A stretch of 64,000 bases of DNA from an uncultured Candidatus Saccharibacteria bacterium. Its GTDB lineage: Bacteria > Patescibacteriota > Andersenbacteria > UBA10190. A program made the translations under genes and the position numbers. Shown piece by piece: positions 1 through 10,329 of the stretch. The DNA is taken from positions 9,956 through 73,955 of the forward strand of contig CAZZHI010000001.1 of the NCBI GenBank assembly GCA_964654145.1, in the 5' to 3' direction. Below the pieces are notes generated by a model, which saw only the letters and a program-made list of their open reading frames with translations, had not been told where the DNA came from and did no database searches. Each line of letters begins with the position of its first letter. Within the stretch, counting starts at the first letter, position 1.

Positions 1-340
1 ACCTGATATATATGTATGCAATAAAGAGTTCTGGTCCCCAGCGCCTGCGATACGACCCTGTATCGCAATAGCAGCTATTAGGCCAAAAAACACTATATGA
101 ACAACGGACTTCTTTGATAGAGAAGGCGTCCTAAAACGCGCTTTTCTTAATTGTCGCTTTTGTAAAATACCTTACTCCTTTTTTAGGGGCTTAAGGTTTG
201 TTTTGCATGTTTATATATCTTTGTCAGTACCCACTGACACATAGAAAGCTATTGTAGAGGAGTGGGCGGTATAGTCAATCTTGACATTATTATACTTATG
301 TTGTTTTTAAGAATCTATCATTTATAGTACACTTGCCTCC

Positions 341-2443
341 ATGCATGGATCCCTAGCTGGCCTCAACGAGCAACAACAACAGGTCGTATTGGCCACGAAA
401 GGGCCCATATTAGTGCTTGCGGGGGCTGGATCGGGCAAAACGAGGGCATTAACGCATAGAATCGCATATCTTATAGAACAACGTATTGCAGCCCCTGAAG
501 AGATTCTCGCAGTTACCTTTACAAACAAGGCAGCTGCCGAAATGAAGCATAGAATCCGAGAATTGCTAGGCTCTTCCTTTACGGCCCCCCAGGCAGTAAG
601 CACCTTCCATAGCATGGGAGTAAAGCTTCTTCGAGAACAATCCCACTTCCACACACGGTCTCGAGGGTTCTCTATTTTGGATTCCAAAGACTCTGAAAAA
701 TTGGTCCGAAAGGCCCTCAAGGACGCAAATTACCCATTAAAAGAATGGAGCCCCACAACAATACGAGGAATGATTTCTCGCCTCAAACATGAATACGTTG
801 AAAACCCAGAGAGCCTAGGGGCGGAAAGCCCTGCGGAAGAGGTGCTGGCAGCTATTTTCCCCGTATACGAAAAAATGCTCGCAGAACACGACGCGTATGA
901 TTTTGACGACCTCTTACGCATTCCACTCCGCATTCTACGCTCTCATTCCAGCGTACGAGCGCTCTATCAGTCTCGATGGAGATTCATTTCGGTTGATGAA
1001 TACCAGGACACAAACCCAATCCAGGACGAAATTATTTCTCATCTCTTGGGGGCCGAAAAGAATATTTGCGTTGTGGGGGACGATTACCAATCCATTTATT
1101 CATGGCGAGGAGCAAGCGTAGACCACATCCTTCAATTCGAAAAACGCCACCCAGGATGCAAAACCATTCTTTTAACGCAGAACTATAGATCTACACCCAA
1201 CATCCTTGAAGCAGCAAATAGCGTTATTGCACATAATGTGGGGCAAAAACACAAAACCCTTTGGACGACCCGAAAAACAGGAAATGAAGTTTCCCTGTCA
1301 CTTCTACCCTCAGATAGAGGAGAAGCGGAATGGGTATGCAAGCAAATTCGAGACCATGTAAGGGATGGGGGATCCTTGAGCGATTGTGCCGTCCTCTATA
1401 GAACAAACGCGCAATCTCGCCTTATGGAAGAACAATTTTTAACACATAGAATGCCCTACACTATAGTAGGAGGTTTTCGGTTCTACGACAGAAAAGAAGT
1501 TAAAGATGCCCTCGCCATACTTTCTTTTTACCTATCCCCATCTTCCAGAATTCATTTCGAACGAATTGCGGATGCCCTCTTAAGCCGAGTTGGTCCAAAA
1601 ACAATAGATAGATGGGATAACGAAGCAAAGTCTGCCGGAGTGTCTATAGGGGAATATCTTGCGTACACAAACGATCGCGCAGACTTGCGAAAAATATTTG
1701 CTGCGTACCGCGAGGCAAAAGATTCTCAATATGAGCGAGTATCGGATTTGCTTCGATTCCTTATTACCAATACGGGCTACTTAGCTTCTTTAGAACATCT
1801 ACCTGACGAAAAAGATCGAACAGAAAATATAAACGAACTTTTAAACGTAGCTGCCGCATACACCACTACAGAGGCATTTTTGGAAGACACTGCACTTCTT
1901 TCCGATATAGACACGCTCAATGCAACGGATAGTAAAGTTACCTGTATGACACTCCATGCTTCAAAGGGGCTCGAATTTCCAAATGTGTTTATTATTGGGT
2001 GCGAAGAGGGCCTTTTACCGCACCAAAATAGCGTTTCTTCATCTGCGGACCTCGAGGAAGAACGACGACTTTTTTATGTCGGAATGACTCGTGCGCGAGA
2101 ACAATTAACCTTAAGCCATAGCTCATATCGCTTCCGAGGGGGAGAGATGACACCTCAAGCACCTTCTCGTTTTCTCGAGAATCTTCCACCAACCATATCT
2201 TCGTTTAAAGAGAACACTTTTAGTGCACATACACCTTTTAACAGCTTTTCTCCCACTAATGACATCGCGGACTTTCTTCACGAAGAACCAACGATGGTCC
2301 AACCAACTTCCGGATCATACGTCACTCATCCCAAATTCGGACGCGGCGTTATTATTGGAATTATGGGCGAAACCATTACCTGTGTTTTTGAAGGTCACGG
2401 AGTTAAAAATGTTCCCGCCAACTCCTGCTCAACTCAAACCTAG
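341..2443 (+). CDS. uvrD: UvrD/PcrA-family ATP-dependent DNA helicase
   Basis: The protein is 700 aa. It has a Walker A motif (AGAGSGKTRAL), a TFTNKAAAEM motif, a DEYQDTN Walker B / motif II, and the C-terminal GCEEGLLPH...RRLFYVGMTRAREQL helicase motifs. Confidence 0.9.
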   Translation: MHGSLAGLNEQQQQVVLATKGPILVLAGAGSGKTRALTHRIAYLIEQRIAAPEEILAVTFTNKAAAEMKHRIRELLGSSFTAPQAVSTFHSMGVKLLREQSHFHTRSRGFSILDSKDSEKLVRKALKDANYPLKEWSPTTIRGMISRLKHEYVENPESLGAESPAEEVLAAIFPVYEKMLAEHDAYDFDDLLRIPLRILRSHSSVRALYQSRWRFISVDEYQDTNPIQDEIISHLLGAEKNICVVGDDYQSIYSWRGASVDHILQFEKRHPGCKTILLTQNYRSTPNILEAANSVIAHNVGQKHKTLWTTRKTGNEVSLSLLPSDRGEAEWVCKQIRDHVRDGGSLSDCAVLYRTNAQSRLMEEQFLTHRMPYTIVGGFRFYDRKEVKDALAILSFYLSPSSRIHFERIADALLSRVGPKTIDRWDNEAKSAGVSIGEYLAYTNDRADLRKIFAAYREAKDSQYERVSDLLRFLITNTGYLASLEHLPDEKDRTENINELLNVAAAYTTTEAFLEDTALLSDIDTLNATDSKVTCMTLHASKGLEFPNVFIIGCEEGLLPHQNSVSSSADLEEERRLFYVGMTRAREQLTLSHSSYRFRGGEMTPQAPSRFLENLPPTISSFKENTFSAHTPFNSFSPTNDIADFLHEEPTMVQPTSGSYVTHPKFGRGVIIGIMGETITCVFEGHGVKNVPANSCSTQT

Positions 2444-2520
2444 TCACACATAAAAAGCGTTCAAGATTTTTTTAAAATACTTCCCATGACACGCTTCATG
2501 AAAATAGGTACAGTTGCTGT

Positions 2521-3345
2521 ATGGTAGGGCCCTTAGTTAATCCGGAAAACTTGCAGCATTTTTTATCGTCACATAACCTTCGTGCTGCTAAGTCTCTTGG
2601 GCAAAATTTTCTTGTATGCGAAGAGGTTATTGATTCTATACTAATTGGGTTAGAAGGAGGGCCAAAAAAATTAACAGAACTTGGGCCAGGGCTTGGCACT
2701 TTGACTCAAGGTCTTATAGCTTCCGGATATACGGTACGGGGAATAGAAAAGGATGATGATTTTGTAAAAGTTTTACCAAGTGTCCTGCCTCCAAAATTAC
2801 GAGATAACCTCACGATTATTCATGGCGACTTACAGGAAACTTCTTGGGAGTGGGGCACTCCTTGGCAGCTCGTGGGCAATATACCTTACAATATTTCCGG
2901 CATGATAATTCGCCTCTTAACAAAGCTACGAGAAGTCCCGCACTCTGCTATATTTCTTATGCAAAAAGAGGTGGCACACAGGATCGCACATGATGAAAAT
3001 TCCATGAGCCTTCTTGGGCTTGCAGTTGATCTTTGGGGAAGTGCGACCATACTTCTCAACGTACCCCCTTCTTGCTTTATGCCTGCGCCCGCCGTTCACT
3101 CTGCACTCGTACAAATACGCCCTCACCAAACCATGCTTTCAACGGAAAAACGTGAGGCAATTATTGCGTGCGCAAAACCATTCTTTCAAGCAAAAAGAAA
3201 ACAAATTGGGCACACCCTAAAAACAGCCTACAAGAAAGACTCTCAAGAGATCGAGCAAATCATGAACACCCTTAAACTATCTGCATCCCTACGCCCAGAA
3301 AATCTTTCCGCACACGACTACGAGCGCCTGTGTGATATACTGTAG
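2521..3345 (+). CDS. rsmA: 16S rRNA (adenine1518/1519-N6)-dimethyltransferase RsmA/KsgA
   Basis: It carries the SLGQNFLV motif, a SAM-binding ELGPGLGTLT motif and a GNIPYNIS motif, with a size of about 270 aa. This is inferred from established KsgA motifs. Confidence 0.85.
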   Translation: MVGPLVNPENLQHFLSSHNLRAAKSLGQNFLVCEEVIDSILIGLEGGPKKLTELGPGLGTLTQGLIASGYTVRGIEKDDDFVKVLPSVLPPKLRDNLTIIHGDLQETSWEWGTPWQLVGNIPYNISGMIIRLLTKLREVPHSAIFLMQKEVAHRIAHDENSMSLLGLAVDLWGSATILLNVPPSCFMPAPAVHSALVQIRPHQTMLSTEKREAIIACAKPFFQAKRKQIGHTLKTAYKKDSQEIEQIMNTLKLSASLRPENLSAHDYERLCDIL

Positions 3346-3348
3346 TAC

Positions 3349-4302
3349 ATGTCTCGCCGCGTCGTTATCGGCATCCTTATTCTTCTTATCCTAGGCGTCC
3401 TCGGGGGCGCTGTTGCTCTTATTATTTCACGGTCCAGACAGCAAACCACACCTACCCCAACCCTTACACCAAGCTCCTTCCCGCAAGCATCTTCAACCCC
3501 TCAAGTAGTGCAAGACCCGACAGGGGACCCTGATGCAGACGGACTCTCAAACGCAGATGAAGCACTTTGGGGAACAAACCCATCTAACGCAGACACAGAC
3601 TCTGATGGCTACAAAGATGGAGAAGAAATTGCCGCTTCCCATAACCCAACAATTCCAAGCCCGAACGACAAGCTTCCCGAAGGGTTCCAGCCAGGCCAAA
3701 ACGTAACTCCACTTACAAGTTCAGCGCCCGCAGCTCAAGGATTTGAATCGCTATTCTCAGATTCTGTTGACGTAACAGGCGGAAATAAAAACCTTAGCCA
3801 AGAGTATGCACGATCCGTGCCAGATAATAACAAAACGCCTGTAACCCTCAATCAATTCATTGAAGCTCAAACAATTACAACAGTTCTTCCAAAAGTAAAC
3901 GACTCCGCAATTATCCCAGACCAAGCGACCCCATTAGCTTTAAATTATTATATGGCCGTAGCGGGGAACCTTGATGCAATATCTGATGAAACCCTATTAT
4001 CCCTAGCTTTAACTAATTTCCTAGATAATCAAAACGCATCTGGATTTGAAACAATTGCTATAGGAGTTAAATCTTTCCAAACGAGACTACAAGCATTGCG
4101 AGTCCCGCCACAAGCAACCCAATACCATAAGCTCTTACTTGGATATTGTGAGTTACTTGCTGGCACCCTAAATCAAATAGGAGGATATCCGAACGATCAA
4201 GTTAAAGCCCTTGTAGCATTTAGACAGTTAGACGCAATAGATAGGCAATATTATCCACTAGTAATTCAGGAACGGGCACGACTTCTTGAATTAGCACAAT
4301 AA
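3349..4302 (+). CDS. Membrane-anchored hypothetical protein with a Pro/Thr-rich linker and a paired DxDxDG calcium-binding (EF-hand/dockerin-like) module
   Basis: It has an N-terminal TM helix (IGILILLILGVLGGAVALII), a TPTPTLTP linker, and DPDADGLSNADEALWG followed by NADTDSDGYKDGEEI. It is the first gene of a long co-directional operon. Confidence 0.6.
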   Translation: MSRRVVIGILILLILGVLGGAVALIISRSRQQTTPTPTLTPSSFPQASSTPQVVQDPTGDPDADGLSNADEALWGTNPSNADTDSDGYKDGEEIAASHNPTIPSPNDKLPEGFQPGQNVTPLTSSAPAAQGFESLFSDSVDVTGGNKNLSQEYARSVPDNNKTPVTLNQFIEAQTITTVLPKVNDSAIIPDQATPLALNYYMAVAGNLDAISDETLLSLALTNFLDNQNASGFETIAIGVKSFQTRLQALRVPPQATQYHKLLLGYCELLAGTLNQIGGYPNDQVKALVAFRQLDAIDRQYYPLVIQERARLLELAQ

Positions 4303-4309
4303 CAATTAT

Positions 4310-5080
4310 ATGAATCCTACAAATAAAATTGGAATACGAATTATAGGGATAACACTTATATGCTCCATTCTTCTTATCGGAATATGGAAAGCCGTTGAGT
4401 TTGGAATTTCTGCTTACAAAGCCCCGCAAGCGACTACAACGCCTACCCCTGTTGCATTGCTCCCAGAACCAACCCAAGACCCTACTATCCAACAAGAATT
4501 ATCAACTTTTGTAGATACGGCACAAGAATCACTTACGGGGTACACAAAAAAATATGTCGACTCATTGCCAGCAGATAGCACAAAAGAACAAGTGCTGGAT
4601 CAAAAAGCATTAGAAGCTTTCGTAGATGCAAACCGTGGCCCGCTGTTACCAGAACTTCCAGCTGGCACAATCCAAACTACAAGTGCGTCAGGGAAGAAAG
4701 CAATTCAAACATACCTCGACTCCATATCTCCGGTTCAAAATAAAGAAATTGCAACCGTAACAGGAGACATGATTACCGAGGCTTTAGCAAAACAACAAAG
4801 CAACGAGGAGCTCCAAGCAATTGTTCCTATTCGTGCCTCTATTGAGAAAAATTTAGAAATATTTAAAAGCGTAAAAACACCTAAAGAATCACTCGAACTT
4901 CACACAAAACTTATTCAAGCAACCCAGTCATTACTGAGCAGCATTCAACTACTCCAAGAAATGCGAAATGATCTTGTAGGGGGTCTTATTGGGCAAAAAA
5001 ATCTTGCAGACCTAAACGGAATATTCACAGAAGTATCGAACAATATTCTTGCCCTCGAAAGTAAATACGACATCAAGTAA
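4310..5080 (+). CDS. Membrane-anchored hypothetical protein
   Basis: It has an N-terminal TM helix (IGIRIIGITLICSILLIGIW) and a Thr/Pro linker. It lies 8 bp after the previous gene, and I recognise no family. Confidence 0.55.
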   Translation: MNPTNKIGIRIIGITLICSILLIGIWKAVEFGISAYKAPQATTTPTPVALLPEPTQDPTIQQELSTFVDTAQESLTGYTKKYVDSLPADSTKEQVLDQKALEAFVDANRGPLLPELPAGTIQTTSASGKKAIQTYLDSISPVQNKEIATVTGDMITEALAKQQSNEELQAIVPIRASIEKNLEIFKSVKTPKESLELHTKLIQATQSLLSSIQLLQEMRNDLVGGLIGQKNLADLNGIFTEVSNNILALESKYDIK

Positions 5081-5113
5081 AACGTGGTATAATCCTGTCA
5101 TACTTTAGGTCGT

Positions 5114-6664
5114 ATGCCTGTAACTATCTTTTATTTTTTTCGCCATACTTTTAGAGCAGTAGTTATCGCTCTTATTTTTTTCGGCATCACAGTATTTTCG
5201 CCATCTGCATACGCAGATCCGCATGCAGTATTTTATACTGACCGGGCCCAAGAACAGCTTTTTTACAACACCCTCGCTGCGCTTAATCAGGCAGATTTCG
5301 TAGAGCCAGTCTCAAATAATCAATACAGCCGTGCCGTCCTCCTTGCAAGAAGGTCCTCTACTGTAGCAAGAACAAGTCCGCAACCAGGAGATAGAACTTT
5401 TGTAGCGGAGCAAAATCCGGTTATTAATTCCACGAGAACAGATTTACCCGCAATCTTGAGCAGAGGTATAACCCTCGAAGGAAACGACCTCTGGACTGCA
5501 TACCTTATTAATCAATTCGCCCTTGAAACTACAACAAGACGATCAGAAGATGAACTTGCTCGTACACTCTGCGAACGAGGTTTGGGAAGAGTTCAGTGTA
5601 ATAGAAGACTAGGCCGCAGTCAGCAGCAGAATAAAGCATTTATAACACAACCAGCAACAGAGTCTGGAAAGCTCGATGTCGCCGTAAATTCTGCTCTTTC
5701 ATCTGGACTTGCTAGTGAAACAGCCTTGCGCCAAAAAATTGCGGATCCAAACAACACAACAAGCGACCCTGTATACCGAATACCTCGACCGAATTCTCCG
5801 GCCTTAGCCGGCCTCAATAAAAATATTCAAGGCAACCCCGACGCATTGAATTTTATGAGTATAGTAACGGGCAACGCATTAAACGATATAGAGATAGACC
5901 CTGATACCCTCGAAGAATTAACATTCGATAAAAATGGAATACCTAGCGTTCCGGAAAACACGTCTGCAAGCGAATATGTTCGCAAACTTAATCAAATATC
6001 AAGTTTGCCCTCAAAACTATATTCCGTTGGGCAAAAGGCATATCAACAAGCTGTTGCGTTTCAGCATTACACTCAAAACCCAACAGCAGTTGCAGACTAC
6101 AAGCTGGTTGCCGAATCTCCTAATGGAGATGGAGGGTTAATTGCAAACATCACAACTCCAGTAAGCGCAAAACTTGATACAATTAGCTCTCTTGCAGCCC
6201 TCCAAACAGCGGCAGCAACGAGCCAAAAAAGCGCAAACCCAGCCGCTATCGGAGACCCCGGAGATACGCGAATTATTGAGACTGACAAGGTCGCAATTCC
6301 GCCATCACCCGCACCAACCCCACCGCTCATATTTGTAACAAACCCATCATCAGGAACCCCGCAAGTTGCTGGTATTTCAACAGAGCTCTATAACTTATAT
6401 CGCGATTATTACGACAACCCTCCAGATACTGCCCTTTCGCCCAATGCAAACTTAATTAACCCCAATAGGGAAAGGGGTCTTCATGATGGATTATTAGCCC
6501 TAACGGATAATACATATCGAAAAGGAAATCTAGCAGACTCCTCCGAAATGTCATGTGCATTTTGTATTCAACTTGATCAAGTCTTAGAACGCTTCACAAT
6601 CTCGAACGTACTTTGCTCATTATTCCCTACGCTAAATGTTTGCGTAAATAATAAAACAATATGA
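5114..6664 (+). CDS. Secreted hypothetical protein with a Cys-containing C-terminus
   Basis: The signal-peptide-like N-terminus ends in SAYA|DP. The protein is 516 aa and hydrophilic, and its stop overlaps the next start (ATGA). Confidence 0.55.
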   Translation: MPVTIFYFFRHTFRAVVIALIFFGITVFSPSAYADPHAVFYTDRAQEQLFYNTLAALNQADFVEPVSNNQYSRAVLLARRSSTVARTSPQPGDRTFVAEQNPVINSTRTDLPAILSRGITLEGNDLWTAYLINQFALETTTRRSEDELARTLCERGLGRVQCNRRLGRSQQQNKAFITQPATESGKLDVAVNSALSSGLASETALRQKIADPNNTTSDPVYRIPRPNSPALAGLNKNIQGNPDALNFMSIVTGNALNDIEIDPDTLEELTFDKNGIPSVPENTSASEYVRKLNQISSLPSKLYSVGQKAYQQAVAFQHYTQNPTAVADYKLVAESPNGDGGLIANITTPVSAKLDTISSLAALQTAAATSQKSANPAAIGDPGDTRIIETDKVAIPPSPAPTPPLIFVTNPSSGTPQVAGISTELYNLYRDYYDNPPDTALSPNANLINPNRERGLHDGLLALTDNTYRKGNLADSSEMSCAFCIQLDQVLERFTISNVLCSLFPTLNVCVNNKTI

Positions 6665-8589
6665 AAATCACGCTCCGACATATTTCTGTATTAGGATTAT
6701 TCCTCTTACTATTTGCTGCAAATTCTGCTCATGCTGCGCCAATAACAATGTCTGGCTCCAAGGGACCCAATATTCAAATCACATCTTTTTCTAGTGCGGA
6801 ACTAACTCAAAAAGGATGTCTCCTCGTGACCGCCCAAGTAGGTGATTACAACACGTTAACATGGACATACGAAAGTACTCATGCGGGGCTTACATTTTTC
6901 ATCCCAAAAGACAACCTAGAGAAAGAGGAAATGAAATATACCGATGACGACGGCTTTGAAACGTTCCGAGATTGGTATACAAATACGTTTTCTTGCCCAC
7001 CCGACATATCGAGCAATATCATTGCAGCCGATACCGCGGCAAACAGTTCAAGCTGGTGGAACGACCCATTCGCCGCTGTTATTAATAATCTTTTTGACTT
7101 TGTTGATGCAACAATAAGCTGGCTCATGGAAGGGCTAACAAGCAAGCTATTTTTAACAATTCTTCAGCATGGCGTTTTTATTCAGAGCGATATCGTAAAA
7201 GCTGGCTGGCCTTTTATTCAGGGAATCACCAACCTTGGTTTTATTTTTGTGCTTCTCTATATAGCGCTTGCAACAACACTTCGCTTAGAGTCGGTTTCTA
7301 CTTCTGTCCAACGCTTATTACCCAAGCTTCTCATGGGAGCGCTTCTGGTAAATTTCAGCCTCGTTATTGGAGGACTCATAATCGATGCATCTCGCCTGGT
7401 TATGGCAATAGAGCTACGTTTTGTAGGAGGGGGGGAAGTTAGCGATGGCAAACTCATAAGCGAAATACTAGAACACTCGAAAACGATAGAAACCTCTAGC
7501 GCCACAATCCTAGGACAAACAAGTGAGGCAAAGGGATATGCGGGGATCGTACTTACAAGACTACAGAGCACCATCGTACGCCTTGCCCTTACATTAGGGT
7601 TATTAATTATTGCACTCAATCTCTTTGTCCGATACGTTGCACTCCTTATATTACTTATATTCTCACCCATAGCGTATCTCGCCATGGTCCTCCCGCAAAC
7701 AAAGGATTTTTCCATTAAATGGTGGAGCTATTTCATTAAATGGGTGCTCTATGGTCCGATCGTTTTATTTTTTATGATTATTATCACAAAAATAAGCACC
7801 GTTAACATTCCCGATGATGCCGGGATACTGCCACAAGTTGCTCAATTTTGCGTTGCTATAGCCTTGCTTTATGGGGGACATATCGCTGGCAAAAATGCGG
7901 CAGGGGCGGGCTCTAGTGCCGTAATGGGCTTTGCTGCAAAACATCCTCGCGCCGCCCTTGCTGTGGGAGGAGTACTTACAGGAGGGGTACTACCCGCACT
8001 TGGATTATTGGCGGCCGAGCGAGGGGCTCGTATGGCGGGAACAGGGGTTAAAAATGCTGGACGCGACATCTACAATGCAGCGGGGGCAAACCTGAAAAAT
8101 GCTCCCGTAATTAAACCTATTAGGGACTTCATGGGATATGGCCTACGAGACGACAAAGGTAACATAAAAACAGGCAAGTCTTCATGGGCTTCAGCAGGGG
8201 CAAACGCGCTTACGGAGAAATTTAATAGCTCTTTACAAAAAGATGTTACTAATATTAGAGAGCTAATGGACAATGAAACCGGACAACTTATGACTGCCCC
8301 ATCAGAAGAATTAGCACTTATGCCCTCACAGCTTAAAAAGGGTCATGTTGTAGGGGCCTTAGGTAATAATGAAAAGGAGCGGAATGCGAATATTGAAATT
8401 ATCATGAAAAGTGGATCGCAAGCACAAAGGATGGCGTTAGCACAGAACAAAGACCATATTGCTTCGCTTAGCTCAACGCAAATGGCACAACTACAGCAAA
8501 TTGTTCAAAAATCTGTGCCTGACGGAAAAGACAAGACAGCGGTTCTTGAAAGAATGATTAAAACAGTAGACGAATTAGATAAAAAATAA
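6661..8589 (+). CDS. Polytopic membrane protein, VirB6/TrbL-like candidate of the T4SS-like operon
   Basis: It has a signal peptide (MKITLRHISVLGLFLLLFAANSAHA), a periplasmic domain of about 170 aa, a block of at least 5 predicted TM helices (residues about 180-430), and a hydrophilic tail. This architecture and its position upstream of VirB3/VirB4-like genes resemble VirB6. The assignment is inferred from architecture, not from a motif. Confidence 0.4.
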   Translation: MKITLRHISVLGLFLLLFAANSAHAAPITMSGSKGPNIQITSFSSAELTQKGCLLVTAQVGDYNTLTWTYESTHAGLTFFIPKDNLEKEEMKYTDDDGFETFRDWYTNTFSCPPDISSNIIAADTAANSSSWWNDPFAAVINNLFDFVDATISWLMEGLTSKLFLTILQHGVFIQSDIVKAGWPFIQGITNLGFIFVLLYIALATTLRLESVSTSVQRLLPKLLMGALLVNFSLVIGGLIIDASRLVMAIELRFVGGGEVSDGKLISEILEHSKTIETSSATILGQTSEAKGYAGIVLTRLQSTIVRLALTLGLLIIALNLFVRYVALLILLIFSPIAYLAMVLPQTKDFSIKWWSYFIKWVLYGPIVLFFMIIITKISTVNIPDDAGILPQVAQFCVAIALLYGGHIAGKNAAGAGSSAVMGFAAKHPRAALAVGGVLTGGVLPALGLLAAERGARMAGTGVKNAGRDIYNAAGANLKNAPVIKPIRDFMGYGLRDDKGNIKTGKSSWASAGANALTEKFNSSLQKDVTNIRELMDNETGQLMTAPSEELALMPSQLKKGHVVGALGNNEKERNANIEIIMKSGSQAQRMALAQNKDHIASLSSTQMAQLQQIVQKSVPDGKDKTAVLERMIKTVDELDKK

Positions 8590-8592
8590 ACC

Positions 8593-9165
8593 ATGGATAC
8601 TATCGCACTTAAGACAATCCCTATTAATTCTCTCGTTCTTATCCCAGAACAAGAACGAGGTAGTTACATTCAGAAAATATTTACTCTTCACCAAAAGATG
8701 CAACTTATGTTGTTCTCCGACGACACAGGAGCGTTTATACGGGGAATAGCAAAAACGTACAACGTAAGCCCAGAGACAGCCCCTCATATTGCGTTTGCCA
8801 TCCTGGAAATCGCAATTGGCAAAAAGACCATAGCTCAACTTCCGTCTATTCTGTCTACAGAACTCCAATTACCGATCGATACTGCGCAAAAGATGGCAAC
8901 GGAAATAGAGCATGATGTACTAGCGCCAATTAAAGCAGAGCTCAACGATCAATCCAGTCAGCAAAAGGGGAGTAGCGTGCCATCGCGTACAACTGCACAG
9001 GCAGCATCTTCTGGTATGAAAAATGTTCTTAACCTCAAAGAAATAGCCGCAAAGCCGCCCCAAACACAATTACCCCCGAAGCCCATACAGCCGTCCCTAC
9101 CCCCACGGCGCCCAGTACCTCCCAAAATGCCACCATCCCCGATAGAGCCTATTCGTTTTACATAA
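8593..9165 (+). CDS. Hypothetical protein with a proline-rich C-terminus
   Basis: The ORF has a codon-like composition and a C-terminal PPKPIQPSLPPRRPVPPKMPPSP tract. It lies 4 bp after the upstream gene. Confidence 0.45.
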   Translation: MDTIALKTIPINSLVLIPEQERGSYIQKIFTLHQKMQLMLFSDDTGAFIRGIAKTYNVSPETAPHIAFAILEIAIGKKTIAQLPSILSTELQLPIDTAQKMATEIEHDVLAPIKAELNDQSSQQKGSSVPSRTTAQAASSGMKNVLNLKEIAAKPPQTQLPPKPIQPSLPPRRPVPPKMPPSPIEPIRFT

Positions 9166-9174
9166 TTAGTACCC

Positions 9175-9621
9175 ATGCGCTTTCAAGTACCACAATTTAC
9201 CGACATTGAAGATAAAATAGTTGGTCCATTTACACTAAGACAGTTCTTAACGTACGTAGTAGCAGTTATGCTCTTGGTTCCTGTATATATTTATTCCGAC
9301 TTATCACTCTTTATTACTATCGCAATCCCAGTTCTTGGTGTTGCGGCAGTGTTTGCGCACTTAAAAATATATGGAAAAACATTCACCCAAGTGCTCTTTG
9401 CATCCATCGCATACGCTTCAAAGGGGCAATTGTATATTTGGAGGAGGCAGAAAAACCAGCCCTTTAAAATTGTTGATCCAGAATGGGATATTGCAGCAGG
9501 CAATCGCACAAATTCTGCGCTCACGCGCCCCGCATCTTCTCTTGATGCTATTGCGCAGTCACTGGAAACAACAGGAAATATAAGCAAAGAGGATATTCCA
9601 GACCCTCTCATGGTACAATAG
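9175..9621 (+). CDS. Small 2-TM membrane protein, VirB3/PrgI-like
   Basis: An N-terminal FTDIEDKIVGPFTLRQFL segment is followed by two TM helices. It sits immediately upstream of the VirB4-like ATPase, as virB3/prgI genes do in Gram-positive-type conjugation systems. Confidence 0.5.
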   Translation: MRFQVPQFTDIEDKIVGPFTLRQFLTYVVAVMLLVPVYIYSDLSLFITIAIPVLGVAAVFAHLKIYGKTFTQVLFASIAYASKGQLYIWRRQKNQPFKIVDPEWDIAAGNRTNSALTRPASSLDAIAQSLETTGNISKEDIPDPLMVQ

Positions 9622-9627
9622 CAAGAT

Positions 9628-10329
9628 ATGGCGATGTTCGACATGATGGCACCTCGTTCAAAGGGGAAAGCGAGCCAAACTCTCATCAATATCTCTGAGT
9701 TACGAGATGGGATTGTTATATTAAAAGATAACACCATGCGCGCAGTGCTCATGATTTCTTCTGTAAACTTCGCACTGAAGTCTGAAGATGAGCAAAATGC
9801 TATCGTATATGCATATCAAGACTTTATTAACTCGTTAGATTTTCCAATTCAACTTACAATATCTTCCCGAAAGATGGACATCACGCCCTACCTGGAGGAG
9901 GTTAAGCACCTGCGCGACCTGCAAAAAAATGAGCTCCTTCATCTCCAGATGACGGAATATATTAACTTCGTCTCGGAACTCGTAAAAGGAAGTAATATTA
10001 TGACAAAAACATTTTTTGTAACTATTCCCTTCGCAGTAACACAAGATAAAAAAGAAGGATTCTTCTCCAGAATGACAAAAGGGGCAAAAGGAGCTGCCGG
10101 AAAGGGGAAAATGAACGATATTGAATTTGAACATAACAAAACTCAGCTTATGCATAGGGTAGAGCAGGTTGCAATTGGACTGCGAGGCATCGGGCTGCGA
10201 GTAGTGCCGCTAAAAACCCAGGAATTAATCGAGTTATTCTACAACTACTTCAACCCCTCCACCTCCCGAAACCAAAGATTGCGAAACGTAGACAAGCTCA
10301 CAGTTCAGGAAACAGATACACCCCTATGA
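9628..10329 (+). CDS. VirB4/CagE/TrbE-like N-terminal domain protein (first of two coupled ORFs)
   Basis: The ISELRDGIVILKDNTMRAVLMISSVNFALKSEDEQNAIVYAYQDFINSLDFPIQLTISSRK segment matches the VirB4 N-terminal-domain pattern. Its stop overlaps the next ATG (ATGA at 10326-10329). Confidence 0.55.
   Translation: MAMFDMMAPRSKGKASQTLINISELRDGIVILKDNTMRAVLMISSVNFALKSEDEQNAIVYAYQDFINSLDFPIQLTISSRKMDITPYLEEVKHLRDLQKNELLHLQMTEYINFVSELVKGSNIMTKTFFVTIPFAVTQDKKEGFFSRMTKGAKGAAGKGKMNDIEFEHNKTQLMHRVEQVAIGLRGIGLRVVPLKTQELIELFYNYFNPSTSRNQRLRNVDKLTVQETDTPL

Noticed and set aside
1-170. Minus-strand reading frame running off the window start, encoding a basic-then-hydrophobic N-terminus (…LRKARFRTPSLSKKSVVHIVFFGLIAAIAIQG…) downstream of an AAGGAG box.
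   Set aside because: There is no ATG/GTG/TTG start between the in-frame stop and the hydrophobic segment (only ATT). The remainder of the gene lies outside the window, so I cannot support a call.
322-720. 132-aa ORF on the minus strand.
   Set aside because: It lies entirely inside the well-supported uvrD gene on the opposite strand. It has no family resemblance and is a low-complexity antisense translation.
7257-7715. 152-aa minus-strand ORF.
   Set aside because: It is antisense to the TM-rich core of the VirB6-like gene, so it is a spurious frame.
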